The notes beneath the pieces are model-generated. The model was given only the letters and a program-made list of their open reading frames with translations, was not told the origin of the DNA and did no database searches. From an uncultured Aliarcobacter sp. (GTDB lineage Bacteria; Campylobacterota; Campylobacteria; Campylobacterales; Arcobacteraceae), in NCBI GenBank assembly GCA_963677435.1, contig OY781945.1:64001-128000 (forward strand): a stretch of 64,000 nt of DNA, in the 5' to 3' direction. How positions within the stretch are numbered: position 1 is the first letter of the stretch; each line of letters begins with the position of its first letter. This document shows, piece after piece, positions 20,962-31,480 of the stretch. The translations under genes and the position numbers were made by a program.

Positions 20962-21933
20962 ATGAAAAATCAATTTTCTAAAATCTGTAAAAACATCGCG
21001 CTAGCTTCTTGTCTAGTTGCAGGAATGGCAACAACTTCTGTTGCATCATCAGTTGAAAAAATCCACTTCCTAATTCCAGGTGGAGCTGGTGGTGGTTGGG
21101 ATGGAACGGCAAGAGGTGTTGGTGAAGCATTACAAAAATCAAAACTTGTTGATCAAGTTTCATATGAAAATATGTCAGGTGGTGGAGGAGGTAAAGCTAT
21201 CGCTTATATGATTGAAACTGCAAGTAAACAACAAGATACTTTAATGGTTAACTCAACTCCAATTGTAATTAGATCACTACAAGGTGTTTTCCCTCAATCA
21301 TTTAGAGATTTAACTTTAATTTCAGCAGTTGTTGCTGATTATGGAGTTTTAGTTGTTTCAAAAGATTCAAAATACAAATCTTGGGCTGATGTAAAAGCTG
21401 CGTTTGATAAAGATCCTACTGGATTAAAAATAGCAGGTGGAAGTTCAAGAGGAAGTATGGATCACCTTGTAGCTGCTCAAATCTTTAAAGCTGCTGGGGG
21501 AAATCCTAAAAATGTAAGATATGTTCCTTATGACGCTGGAGGAAAGGCACTTGCAGGATTATTAACAGGAGAAATTGATATCTTATCAACAGGTCTTGGT
21601 GAAGTTTTAGACAAACATAAAAATGGTGAGTTAAGAATTATTGGTATTACATCTGAAGAACCAATTGATGGTATCCCAAGTTTTAAAAGTTTAGGTGTAG
21701 ATGCATACTTTGCAAACTGGAGAGGATTCTTTGGAGCACCAAATTTACCTCAAGAAAAAATAGATGCGTTTGCAAAAGTTTTTGCTGATATGTATAAAAC
21801 TAAAGAGTGGGAAGATGTTAGAGCAAGAAATGGTTGGACAAATTTATACAAACCAACTACTGAATTTAAAACTTTCTTAGAAAATCAAGAAAAAGGTATC
21901 TCATCTTTAATGAAAGAAATGGGGTTCCTATAA
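20962..21933 (+). CDS. tctC: tripartite tricarboxylate transporter substrate-binding protein (Bug/TctC)
   Basis: PGGAGGGWDGTAR, ENMSGGGG, NWRGFF; signal peptide. Confidence 0.9.
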   Translation: MKNQFSKICKNIALASCLVAGMATTSVASSVEKIHFLIPGGAGGGWDGTARGVGEALQKSKLVDQVSYENMSGGGGGKAIAYMIETASKQQDTLMVNSTPIVIRSLQGVFPQSFRDLTLISAVVADYGVLVVSKDSKYKSWADVKAAFDKDPTGLKIAGGSSRGSMDHLVAAQIFKAAGGNPKNVRYVPYDAGGKALAGLLTGEIDILSTGLGEVLDKHKNGELRIIGITSEEPIDGIPSFKSLGVDAYFANWRGFFGAPNLPQEKIDAFAKVFADMYKTKEWEDVRARNGWTNLYKPTTEFKTFLENQEKGISSLMKEMGFL

Positions 21934-21934
21934 G

Positions 21935-21960
21935 ATAAATAGAGTTTACTCTATTTATTT
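21935..21960 (+). terminator. hairpin between tctC and tctB (partial terminator or mRNA stabiliser)
   Basis: ATAAATAGAGT-tt-ACTCTATTTAT. Confidence 0.55.
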
Positions 21961-21972
21961 AAAGGGTTAATT

Positions 21973-22458
21973 ATGACAAAAAACACTATAGGTTCATTAT
22001 TCTTTTTGGCTTTTTCAAGCTTTTATTTTTATTCTGTTTTTAATATAAAAAAGATGCCAGGTAATCAATTTGAAGTTATGACAGCAGCAACATTCCCTTA
22101 TTATGTAGGAATTGCTGGAATTATAATCTCAATTGTGTTACTTATTTCATCATTTTATGAAAAAGAAAAAGTAATTTTATCGTTGCAATATATAAAATCT
22201 TTAGATTTAAAAACTACTTTTTATTTTATAGCTGCAATGTTTTTTTATGGTTTTACAATAAAACCTCTTGGATTTATTATAGCTACTGCCATATTTTTAG
22301 CTATTGGTTTTTTAATTTTAAAAGAAAAAAACTTCAAAAGAATTTTTCTTATTTCAGTTGGAGTATCAGTAGGATTTTACTTGTTATTAAATAATGCATT
22401 AGGTGTTTATATCGATGCAGGTGATTTAATTGATAATTTATTAGGAGCTTTATCATGA
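21973..22458 (+). CDS. tctB: TctB small membrane subunit
   Basis: About 4 TM, FP motif, LGFIIAT; lies between tctC and tctA. Confidence 0.85.
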   Translation: MTKNTIGSLFFLAFSSFYFYSVFNIKKMPGNQFEVMTAATFPYYVGIAGIIISIVLLISSFYEKEKVILSLQYIKSLDLKTTFYFIAAMFFYGFTIKPLGFIIATAIFLAIGFLILKEKNFKRIFLISVGVSVGFYLLLNNALGVYIDAGDLIDNLLGALS

Positions 22459-23972
22459 TGGATGGTATTATACTAGGAGCGGTAACTGCTCTTTCAATGT
22501 ACAATATTTTAATGGTAACTATTGGATGTTTTGCAGGAACATTTATTGGAATGATTCCAGGACTTGGACCAATAAGTGCTATTGCTTTAATGATTCCAAT
22601 TACTTATGGAATGGATCCATCATCTGGATTAATCCTAATTGCTGGTGTTTATTATGGTGCAATTTTTGGAGGTTCAACTTCATCAATTTTAATTAATGCT
22701 CCAGGAGTTGCTGGAACTGTTGCTTCTGCTTTTGATGGTTTTCCAATGGCAAAACAAGGTCATGCAGGAAAAGCTTTAGCAATTGCTGCTTATTCATCAT
22801 TTAGTGGTGGAACAATTGCAGCTATTTTCTTACTTTTTGCAGCACCAGCTCTTGCAAGTGTGAGTTTAAGTTTTCAGTCATCTGATTATTTTGCTTTAAT
22901 GGTTTTAGGATTAACAGCAGTTGCTGCGTTTGCTGGAAAAGGAAAGTTCTTAAAAGCTGCAATTATGACTGTCTTTGGTCTTATGTTAGCAACTGTTGGG
23001 ACAGATTCTGATTCTGGAATTGCAAGATTTACATTTGGAAGAATGGATTTAATTGATGGAATTTCATTTTTATTATTAGCAATGGCAGCCTTTGCTCTTT
23101 CAGAAGCTTTAATGAATGTTTTAGAACAACATAATATGACAAAAGAAGAACAAGATGCTCTAAAACAAAATATTGGTAGTTTAAAACTAACACGAGCGGA
23201 AGTTAAAGAGATAGCTCCTACTATTGGAAGATCATCTGTTTTAGGATTCTTTGTTGGTGTTCTTCCAGGTGCAGGTGCTACTATTGCTTCATTTTTAGCT
23301 TATGGGATGGAAAGAAGTTTTGCAAGTGCAAAAGAAAAACTAAAATTTGGTAAAGGAAGTTTAAGAGGATTAGCAGCTCCTGAAAGTGCTAACAATGCAG
23401 CTTGTTCAGGTTCATTTGTTCCATTATTAACTTTAGGAATTCCAGGATCTGGAACAACAGCTATTATTTTAGGTGCATTATTATCTTATGGGATTCAACC
23501 AGGTCCTACTATGTATATTGATAATCCAGCACTATTTTGGTCTGTAATTATTTCTATGTATATTGGAAACTTTGTACTTTTAATTTTAAATTTACCATTA
23601 ATTCCATATATTGCAAAACTATTAGCAGTTCCTAAACAACTGTTATTACCGTTGATTGTATTCTTTTCACTTGTTGGTGTTTATTTAGTAACTTTCAACA
23701 ACTTTGATATTTATATGATGACAGCGTTTGCCGTTGTTGCCCTATTCTTAAGAATAATTGATTTCCCAATGGCTCCTATGATTTTAGGATTTATTTTAGG
23801 TGGAATGATGGAAGATAACTTAAGACGAGCATTAACAATTAGTGATGGTTCACTTTCATTTTTATGGGAAAGACCTATTACTTTATCAATTTTAGTTCTT
23901 ACTGTTGTATTATTATTAATGCCAATAATTACTGAGTTTTTAGCTAAAATGAAAAAAAGAAAAGAGATTTAA
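22455..23972 (+). CDS. tctA: TctA large membrane subunit
   Basis: GMIPGLG, YYGAIFGGS, APESANNA, LTLGIPGS. Confidence 0.93.
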   Translation: MMDGIILGAVTALSMYNILMVTIGCFAGTFIGMIPGLGPISAIALMIPITYGMDPSSGLILIAGVYYGAIFGGSTSSILINAPGVAGTVASAFDGFPMAKQGHAGKALAIAAYSSFSGGTIAAIFLLFAAPALASVSLSFQSSDYFALMVLGLTAVAAFAGKGKFLKAAIMTVFGLMLATVGTDSDSGIARFTFGRMDLIDGISFLLLAMAAFALSEALMNVLEQHNMTKEEQDALKQNIGSLKLTRAEVKEIAPTIGRSSVLGFFVGVLPGAGATIASFLAYGMERSFASAKEKLKFGKGSLRGLAAPESANNAACSGSFVPLLTLGIPGSGTTAIILGALLSYGIQPGPTMYIDNPALFWSVIISMYIGNFVLLILNLPLIPYIAKLLAVPKQLLLPLIVFFSLVGVYLVTFNNFDIYMMTAFAVVALFLRIIDFPMAPMILGFILGGMMEDNLRRALTISDGSLSFLWERPITLSILVLTVVLLLMPIITEFLAKMKKRKEI

Positions 23973-23984
23973 TCTCTTTTCTTT
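23956..23984 (+). terminator. hairpin at the tctA end
   Basis: AAAGAAAAGAGATT-t-AATCTCTTTTCTTT. Confidence 0.55.
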
Positions 23985-23998
23985 AAAAAGGTATTATC

Positions 23999-24685
23999 AT
24001 GGATATTTTTAGAAAATATACTATTTTGTATATTGAAGATGATGAGGGTGTAAGAACTATAAATTGCCGTTTTTTAAATCGAATGTTTAATGAACTTTAC
24101 GAAGCAAAAGATGGAATTGAGGGTTATGAACTATATAAAAAATATCATCCAGATATTATACTAACAGATATTAAAATGCCAAGACTTGATGGAATTAGCC
24201 TTGCAAAAAAAATCAGAGAAAAAGATTCTACAACTAAAATAATAATCTCAACAGCATTTAGTGAAAAAAGTTATTTATTAGATGCAATAGAGTTAAATCT
24301 TGAAAAATATATTATAAAACCACTAACAAGCAGAAACCTAATGCCAGCTCTTACAAAAGCTGTTGAAGGTTTAGAAAAACAAAAAGATTTCAAAATAATG
24401 CTTGATGATAACTTCTATTTTGATAATAATACTTCACTTTTTTATTTTAATGACAAAGTAATAGACCTACCAAAAAAAGAGTTACTATTCTTAAAACTTT
24501 TAACACTTAATAAAGATAGAGTTGTATCTTATGATGAGATAGAACAAACTATTTGGGAAGATGAATATATGAGTTTAAATTCTTTGCGAACAAGTATTGG
24601 ATTTTTACGAAAAAAACTTCCATTTAATTGTATTAAAAATATTTCAAATATGGGGTATAAGTTAAATCTTGAAAAAAAGTCTTAA
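23999..24685 (+). CDS. OmpR-family response regulator
   Basis: YIEDD, TDIKMP, YIIKP, C-terminal winged helix NMGYKL. Confidence 0.9.
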   Translation: MDIFRKYTILYIEDDEGVRTINCRFLNRMFNELYEAKDGIEGYELYKKYHPDIILTDIKMPRLDGISLAKKIREKDSTTKIIISTAFSEKSYLLDAIELNLEKYIIKPLTSRNLMPALTKAVEGLEKQKDFKIMLDDNFYFDNNTSLFYFNDKVIDLPKKELLFLKLLTLNKDRVVSYDEIEQTIWEDEYMSLNSLRTSIGFLRKKLPFNCIKNISNMGYKLNLEKKS

Positions 24686-26858
24686 ATCAAACCTAGAAAA
24701 TGGTATAAAAAAAACCACCCTATTAAGTTCAACAATAATCATAATAACAGTAGCCACAATTACTGGCTATAGTCTTATAAAAACAGAGTATGATAACTTT
24801 AAAAATCATATAAATAATTTTAAAGAGACTTTAATTGAAAGGGAAAAATTTTATATAAAAAGCTCTGTTGATAATCTAAAAAATGATATAGATTTTGAAG
24901 AGTTATCAATAATCAATAACAAAAAACTTCGATTAAAAAACCAATCAATAGTAGCTTATAATCTTGCTCATTCCCTTTATGAAAAAACAAAAAAATTAAC
25001 TAAACAAGAACAAATAAATCTTATTAAAACATCTATTAGTCAAATAGCACAAAAAGCAAATGATATTAACTATTTTATTTTAGATACAAGTGGTAATCTT
25101 ATTTTAAATACAGATAGTAAAGCAGATGAAAATCAAAACTTTTATAATTTTGAAGATATAAATGGGAAAAAATTTATTAATGAAATGATTAATTTCACAG
25201 AAGAGAAACAAAACTTCGTTGATTACTTTTGGTATATGCCAAATAATAGTATTACTGCTGAAAAAATCACTTATTCAAGACAATTAAAAGAGTTAGGTTT
25301 AATTATTGGTTCTGGTTCTTTTCTTGAAAGGTACCATGAAGAACTAACAACTAAACTTATCAAAAAAATCACAAATCAAAATTTTAATAATGAAGAATTT
25401 ATTTTTATTTATAAAATAAATAGTTTAAATGACATTATAAATAAAAGTGAATTGGTTACTAATAAATTAATAAATCCAAAAAAAGAAGAACTAGAAGCTA
25501 TGAAGAAACTTCTTATAAATACAAACTATAAAGGAAATGATTATCTATTTTACAACAACAATCAACAGCTAATTTATGGAACTTACCTAAAAGAGTATAG
25601 ATATTTTATTGCCATTGGAGTAAATCTCGCAAATATCTATGATATTGTCGAAAAAGAGAGAAATATCTCTTTAGAAAATATGTATAAGAATATCATTCGA
25701 TTGGTTATTATTATTACAATTATGACCATAATATTTTTTATATTTTCTTTGTTATTTACAAAAAGAATTGAAACGATTTTTCAAGAATATAAAGAAAATG
25801 TAATTTTAAATGAAGATAAATATCATATGCTTTTTAATCATAGCAACGATGCTTTTATAATCTCTGAACTTGATAATAATGACTATACAAGAATTACAAG
25901 TTACAATAAAACAGCTTCTAAGGTAACTTTATACGATGAAGAAGAGTTAATAGATAAAAAGTTTTTTGATTTATTTATCAATCTTGATACAAAAAAAATA
26001 CTGGAAGATAAATCATTTTTTGATACGGTTAAACTAAAAACAAAAGATGAAGATATTAAAACTATTGAATTAAGTATTATTATTTATGAAGCTAATAAAC
26101 AAACTATTGTTTTTGCTTCACTAAGAGATATAACAGAAAGAACTTTACTAAAAGAGAATAAAGAAAAACAAGAAAAAATCTTAATTCAAAAATCAAAAAT
26201 GGCTTCAATGGGTGAAATGATTGGAAATATTGCCCACCAATGGAGACAACCATTAAGTCAATTATCTGGTTTGTTTTTTGATATAGAATCTGCTTATGAT
26301 TATAAAGAATTAAATAAAAAATATCTTCAAAATCGAGTTGAAGAAGCAAATGATTTATTAGAATATATGTCAAAAACAATAGATGATTTTAGAAACTTTT
26401 TTAATCCAAATTCTAAAAAAGAGAAATTTTTCATAAAAGACTCAGTTGATAATGCAGTAAAAATAGTTAAATCAACCCTTGATTTTTATCATATAGAATT
26501 AATTGTGAATATTGATGAATTTTATGAAATCAATGGTTACAAAAATGAATATTCACAAGCAGTTATGAATATAATTTCAAATGCAAAAGATATATTAATT
26601 GAAAAAAATATACAAAATCCTCAAATAAAAATTTATTTAGAAAAAAATAAAAAAGCTACTCTTTGTATTGAAGATAACGCAGGTGGAATAAATGAGCAAA
26701 TCATTGATAAAATTTTTGATCCATATTTCACCACAAAATATGAATATGGTACAGGAATTGGACTTTATATGACTAAATTGATTATTGAAGAGAAAATGAA
26801 TGGTTCAATTTCTGCAAAAAATACAAAAGATGGAGCTAAATTTCTTATTGAAATATAG
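24669..26858 (+). CDS. Cache/PAS sensor histidine kinase
   Basis: TM, Cache-like (DINGKKFI..FVDYFW), TM, PAS (..DITER), [24 protein letters not shown]. Confidence 0.88.
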   Translation: MKKSLKSNLENGIKKTTLLSSTIIIITVATITGYSLIKTEYDNFKNHINNFKETLIEREKFYIKSSVDNLKNDIDFEELSIINNKKLRLKNQSIVAYNLAHSLYEKTKKLTKQEQINLIKTSISQIAQKANDINYFILDTSGNLILNTDSKADENQNFYNFEDINGKKFINEMINFTEEKQNFVDYFWYMPNNSITAEKITYSRQLKELGLIIGSGSFLERYHEELTTKLIKKITNQNFNNEEFIFIYKINSLNDIINKSELVTNKLINPKKEELEAMKKLLINTNYKGNDYLFYNNNQQLIYGTYLKEYRYFIAIGVNLANIYDIVEKERNISLENMYKNIIRLVIIITIMTIIFFIFSLLFTKRIETIFQEYKENVILNEDKYHMLFNHSNDAFIISELDNNDYTRITSYNKTASKVTLYDEEELIDKKFFDLFINLDTKKILEDKSFFDTVKLKTKDEDIKTIELSIIIYEANKQTIVFASLRDITERTLLKENKEKQEKILIQKSKMASMGEMIGNIAHQWRQPLSQLSGLFFDIESAYDYKELNKKYLQNRVEEANDLLEYMSKTIDDFRNFFNPNSKKEKFFIKDSVDNAVKIVKSTLDFYHIELIVNIDEFYEINGYKNEYSQAVMNIISNAKDILIEKNIQNPQIKIYLEKNKKATLCIEDNAGGINEQIIDKIFDPYFTTKYEYGTGIGLYMTKLIIEEKMNGSISAKNTKDGAKFLIEI

Positions 26859-26903
26859 TAATAATTTCATTTTATTTACATTTATTCTTGCTATTATACA
26901 TTT

Positions 26904-27557
26904 ATGAATGCAATAAAAAATTTAATTCGAGGTAATAAGTTATTTCGTAAATACCAATTTGATGAGTTCAAAGATGATTTATCAGAACTAAATGCTACTG
27001 GTCAAAAACCAGAAATTTTATTTATTACTTGTTGTGATAGCCGCATCACCATTGATTTTATGGTTGGAAGTAAACCAGGTGATTTGTTTATTTTACGAAA
27101 TATTGGAAATTTTGTTCCGCCATTTAGCCTAAATGGTGATTTTCATGGAACTGCTTCAGCTATTGAATATGCTGTTTCAATTTTAAATGTTTCACATATT
27201 ATTGTTTGTGGTCACTCTTATTGTGGAGCTTGTAAAAGTTTGTATGAAGATATCCCAGATACTCAACATTATATAAATATTAAAAAATGGCTTCAATTAG
27301 GTCAAGAAGCAAAAAATATAACTTTAGAAAATAAAAATCTTTATAAAACTCAAGAAGATTTATATAAAGCAACTGAAAAAAACTCAATTATTTGTCAAGT
27401 GAAAAATCTTTTAACATATCCAGCAATAAAAGAAAAAATAGAGTTAAATAATATTACTATACACGGCTGGTATTACAATTTAGATGATGGCTCAATTGAA
27501 TACTATGACAAAAATAAAAACTCTTTTAAAGAGATAAGTGAATATCTAAACAACTAA
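26904..27557 (+). CDS. beta-class carbonic anhydrase
   Basis: CCDSR, RNIGN, HSYCG zinc ligands. Confidence 0.95.
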   Translation: MNAIKNLIRGNKLFRKYQFDEFKDDLSELNATGQKPEILFITCCDSRITIDFMVGSKPGDLFILRNIGNFVPPFSLNGDFHGTASAIEYAVSILNVSHIIVCGHSYCGACKSLYEDIPDTQHYINIKKWLQLGQEAKNITLENKNLYKTQEDLYKATEKNSIICQVKNLLTYPAIKEKIELNNITIHGWYYNLDDGSIEYYDKNKNSFKEISEYLNN

Positions 27558-27578
27558 TTCTTAATAGGAAATATACTT

Positions 27579-28616
27579 ATGCAAAACCCCAAAATATGGT
27601 TACAAATGCTACTTGCTATTTTAATAGGTGCATTTGGTTCTGTATTATTTATATATCTTCATTTACCTTTACCTTGGTTATTAGGTGCCATATTTACCTC
27701 ATCAATAGCTATAAGATTTCAAAACATACCTATACAAAGTCCAAAGATATTTTCAACTCCTGCACGAATTATAATTGGTCTTATTATTGGAAGTGCCTTT
27801 ACTCCTCAAATTTTAGAACAACTTCATATATATCTTTTTAGTATATTATTAATCATTCCATACACTATCTTAGTTACATTTGCAGGGATGTATTATTATA
27901 ATAAAGTTCTAAATTTTGATAAAAGAACAGCATTTTTTAGCTCAGTTCCTGGTGGTGTAATTGAAATGGTAATATTAGGAGAACAGTTAAAAGCTGATAC
28001 TTCAAAGATTACATTAGTTCAATCTTCAAGACTTTTATTTATAGTTTTGAGTTTACCTTTTATTATTCAATATATTTTTCACATTGATATAAGTGGTAAC
28101 CGATTAATCACTACTCCTTTAAGAGAAGTTTATTTGCCTGATTTCTTTTTCTTGGCAATACTTGGAATTGTTGGAGCTTACTTAGCAAAGAAGCTACATA
28201 TATCAGCTGCATATTTAATCGGTCCTATGATTTTAAGCATTATTGCTTTTAGTTTGGGTTTTGTACATTCAAAACCACCCGATGAATTAATAAAGTTTGT
28301 ACAAGTAATCTTTGGAACAATTATTGGATTTACTTTTAGAGGTGTTACTTTAAAAATCATAATAAAAACATTGATAGGAACTTTTGGACATTTTATTATA
28401 CTAGCAAGTGTTAGTGCTTTATTTATATGTATAGTTTATTTTATTTTTGATTTTCCAATTATTTCAATACTTCTAGCTTTTAGTCCAGGTGGACAAGCTG
28501 AAATAAATCTAATAGCCATTTTAGTAGCTGCAAATATTCCTTATATAACTGTTCATCATATAGTCAGACTATTTTTAGTTATGAATATTGCACCTCTTTT
28601 GGCTAAAAGATTATAG
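27579..28616 (+). CDS. AbrB-family (putative ammonia monooxygenase-like) membrane protein
   Basis: PLPWLLG, PGGVIEM, PGGQAEI duplicated membrane domain. Confidence 0.8.
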   Translation: MQNPKIWLQMLLAILIGAFGSVLFIYLHLPLPWLLGAIFTSSIAIRFQNIPIQSPKIFSTPARIIIGLIIGSAFTPQILEQLHIYLFSILLIIPYTILVTFAGMYYYNKVLNFDKRTAFFSSVPGGVIEMVILGEQLKADTSKITLVQSSRLLFIVLSLPFIIQYIFHIDISGNRLITTPLREVYLPDFFFLAILGIVGAYLAKKLHISAAYLIGPMILSIIAFSLGFVHSKPPDELIKFVQVIFGTIIGFTFRGVTLKIIIKTLIGTFGHFIILASVSALFICIVYFIFDFPIISILLAFSPGGQAEINLIAILVAANIPYITVHHIVRLFLVMNIAPLLAKRL

Positions 28617-28705
28617 ATTATTCTAAAATTAAGATAATGCTTAGCTTTTGGCTAAAAATTGATATTATGGCAAATATAATCTAAACTTAACAATTAAGGC
28701 TTAAA

Positions 28706-29248
28706 ATGTACATTCATAAAAACTTTCACTTATTTTTGATTTTATTCATTCTTGTTTTATTTACAGGCTGTATAAAAAAATTAGATAGTGATGGCTTAAC
28801 TTTAAAAATACAAGAGAGTGAACTAAACAACTTTTCACAAGAATTCCCTATAAAAAAAGATTTTGTATTTGCAAATACTCAAATAGAAAAACCAAACTTT
28901 TTCATCAAAAAAGGAACAAATAGATTAAGTGCAAATATTGATATGAGTTTATCAGCTATTTTTATTCCAAGTGCAAAGGGAACTTTTACCCTATCAGGAA
29001 CTCCATATTTTGACAAAGAAAAATCAGGTGTTTTTCTAAAAGATGTTCAAATAGAAAAACTTGAATTTAATAACATAAATTTAAATAGTGATTTTACAAA
29101 TATAGTAACTTCAAATATGAAACCAGTAATTGATAATGTTTTCACAAATTTCCCTATTTATGAACTTGAGAAATCATCTTTCAAAGGCTCTTTTGTAAAA
29201 GAAGTAAAAATAGAAGACTCAGAACTTTTAGTTCTTTTTGGAATATAA
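28706..29248 (+). CDS. DUF1439-like lipoprotein
   Basis: Lipobox LFTGC; FPIKK, PIYEL patterns. Confidence 0.65.
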   Translation: MYIHKNFHLFLILFILVLFTGCIKKLDSDGLTLKIQESELNNFSQEFPIKKDFVFANTQIEKPNFFIKKGTNRLSANIDMSLSAIFIPSAKGTFTLSGTPYFDKEKSGVFLKDVQIEKLEFNNINLNSDFTNIVTSNMKPVIDNVFTNFPIYELEKSSFKGSFVKEVKIEDSELLVLFGI

Positions 29249-29251
29249 ACT

Positions 29252-29842
29252 CTATTTTATTTGACTAAGTTGTAAAGACAAATCTTTTACAACTTCTTCA
29301 AAAGCTTTGTTTGTAGCTATTACAAAGCCATAAGCATTATTTGTTTCACATAAAATCTTTTTATCATAACTATATGTTTTTAGAACTTCATCATTTGATA
29401 CTAAATCAAATCTTACTTTTACAATTGCGTATGATTTATCACTTTCAAAACTGTGATAAAGATTTACTACATTTGTTTTTAATTCATAATCAAATTTGAT
29501 TTTTGATTTTTCTTCTAAAACTGTTTTAAAAATATTGCTATTTTGTATTGCTTGAACTAAATTACTATGAATCATATAAGAAGGCAGATTTATCCATCTA
29601 TTTAAAGCATACTCTTCAAATAAGTAAGGTTTTGTTGTATAAAATATTGAGTATTGATTGAAACTTTTATTTACAGATGGAATTTCTACATATATAGATT
29701 TTGAACCATTAACAAATGAGCTTTTATTTGATTTAAAATCTATGGCATAACTATTTATATTTAAATTGTCTTGTTTTGGTATGCAAGCAGATAAAAGCAC
29801 CATTACACTTAAATAAACAAAAATTCTTATACTATTTTTCAT
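29252..29842 (-). CDS. ABC-transport auxiliary lipoprotein (PqiC-like)
   Basis: Lipobox LSAC; YALNRW..LP; last gene of an MlaEFD-like operon; ATG 29842 after GGAGAG. Confidence 0.8.
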   Translation of the reverse strand: MKNSIRIFVYLSVMVLLSACIPKQDNLNINSYAIDFKSNKSSFVNGSKSIYVEIPSVNKSFNQYSIFYTTKPYLFEEYALNRWINLPSYMIHSNLVQAIQNSNIFKTVLEEKSKIKFDYELKTNVVNLYHSFESDKSYAIVKVRFDLVSNDEVLKTYSYDKKILCETNNAYGFVIATNKAFEEVVKDLSLQLSQIK

Positions 29843-30746
29843 TACTCTCTCCTGGGCCATATTTTATATTTTTTTGTTTAAAAATCATATCACTTGGACT
29901 TTGGTTTAAATCATCAATCAATCTTTGTGTTTGTCCTAATGTTGTTTCTAATCCATCTAAAACTGTATTTAACTTATCAAAACTCTCTTGAGATAACTCT
30001 TTTACATCAAATGAACCTTTTTTCACTTCCCCTAAAAGCTGCGTTGATAAAGCTTTGAAGGTATTTGCAGATTTACTTATATTATCAAAAGATTTATTTC
30101 CAGTTTTTGCAAGACTTGAAATATTTGCTAAAAGATCATCTATTTTCTTTTCATTACTTATTAAATATCTACTAAATTGTTCCATATTTGCCATACTATT
30201 TTGTGTATGATTTAATATTTGTGAAATTGAATTTATATTTTCATCAGCTAAAAGCTTTTTCATTTGAGATAAAACTATTGTTAATTCATTTGTTAAATCC
30301 GTTGTTGAATCAACCAAAGAGGTTAAATCTGATACTTTTGATTTGATGACTTTTATTCCATCTGCATTTGCTTCTAAAAGTTTTGAGTCATTACTTCCAC
30401 CTTTTAACTCAATGTATTTAAGTCCTGTGATTCCTAGATTTCCTAAAACTGCGATGTTATCCTCTTTTATTGGAGTTCCTTTATTAATTACAATATTTAT
30501 TTGTATCTCTTCTGAATTATTAGGATTTATTTTTATCTCATTTACATTTCCAACCTCAAAACCTTTATACTTAATAGAAGACCCAAGATTTAATCCAGAA
30601 ATTGACTCTTTAAAATAAATTGTATATTCATCAAATTTTTTCTTTTCAAAGCCATATTTTCCCAACCAAAACACAGTTGCTAAAAGAAAAACTACTATAG
30701 TGATTATAAATAGCCCTATTTTAAAAAAGTTTATTTTAGTATCCAT
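29832..30746 (-). CDS. MCE/MlaD-family protein
   Basis: N-terminal TM; SISGLNLGSSIKYKGFEVG, GITGLKYIEL. Confidence 0.9.
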   Translation of the reverse strand: MDTKINFFKIGLFIITIVVFLLATVFWLGKYGFEKKKFDEYTIYFKESISGLNLGSSIKYKGFEVGNVNEIKINPNNSEEIQINIVINKGTPIKEDNIAVLGNLGITGLKYIELKGGSNDSKLLEANADGIKVIKSKVSDLTSLVDSTTDLTNELTIVLSQMKKLLADENINSISQILNHTQNSMANMEQFSRYLISNEKKIDDLLANISSLAKTGNKSFDNISKSANTFKALSTQLLGEVKKGSFDVKELSQESFDKLNTVLDGLETTLGQTQRLIDDLNQSPSDMIFKQKNIKYGPGESNEK

Positions 30747-31480
30747 TATTTACCTTTATTTGTTAAAAAATCTTCAATAAATTCATCTTTTGAATCCATC
30801 GCTTGGCTTATATTTCCATCAAAGATTATCTTTTGTTTTAATATTATAAATCTTTCTAATACAGTTTTTATAGTCTCTAAATCATGGGTTATGATTATAA
30901 TCGTGATATTTAGCATATTTTTTAGATTGATTATCAACTCATTTATTTTTTGTGTACTAGCAGGATCCAAACCACTTGTAGGTTCATCCAAAAACAAAAT
31001 CTTTGGTTGCATGGCAAGACTTCGTGCAAGGGCAACTCTTTTTTTCATTCCTCCACTTATTTGTGAAGGATATAATAAAGCGCAACTTTTTGGAAGTCCT
31101 ACCATTTCAAGATTTGTATAAGCCATTTTTTCTATTAAATCTTTTGGTAAATCTGTGTATTCATTTAACATTACACTTATATTTTCAATCACATTTAAAA
31201 AAGAGTACAAAGCTCCAAACTGAAAAAGATATGAAAACTGCTGTTTTATATTTTGAACTTCTTTTAAATTTAAAGCTGAAATATCTTTTCCTAATATCTC
31301 AATCTTTCCCTTTTGAATTGGGGCTAACATAACCATTTGTTTGATTAATGTAGTTTTTCCTGAACCACTTCCACCTAAGATTCCAAATATCTCTTTTTCA
31401 TTTATAGAAAATGAAATATCTTTATGAACTATGTTTTCACCAAAGATTGTTGATAAATTATTTACTTTTATTATTTCCAT
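30746..31480 (-). CDS. MlaF-like ABC ATPase
   Basis: GGSGSGKT, FQFGALYS, ISGGMKKRVALARSL, DEPTSGLDP. Confidence 0.9.
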   Translation of the reverse strand: MEIIKVNNLSTIFGENIVHKDISFSINEKEIFGILGGSGSGKTTLIKQMVMLAPIQKGKIEILGKDISALNLKEVQNIKQQFSYLFQFGALYSFLNVIENISVMLNEYTDLPKDLIEKMAYTNLEMVGLPKSCALLYPSQISGGMKKRVALARSLAMQPKILFLDEPTSGLDPASTQKINELIINLKNMLNITIIIITHDLETIKTVLERFIILKQKIIFDGNISQAMDSKDEFIEDFLTNKGK

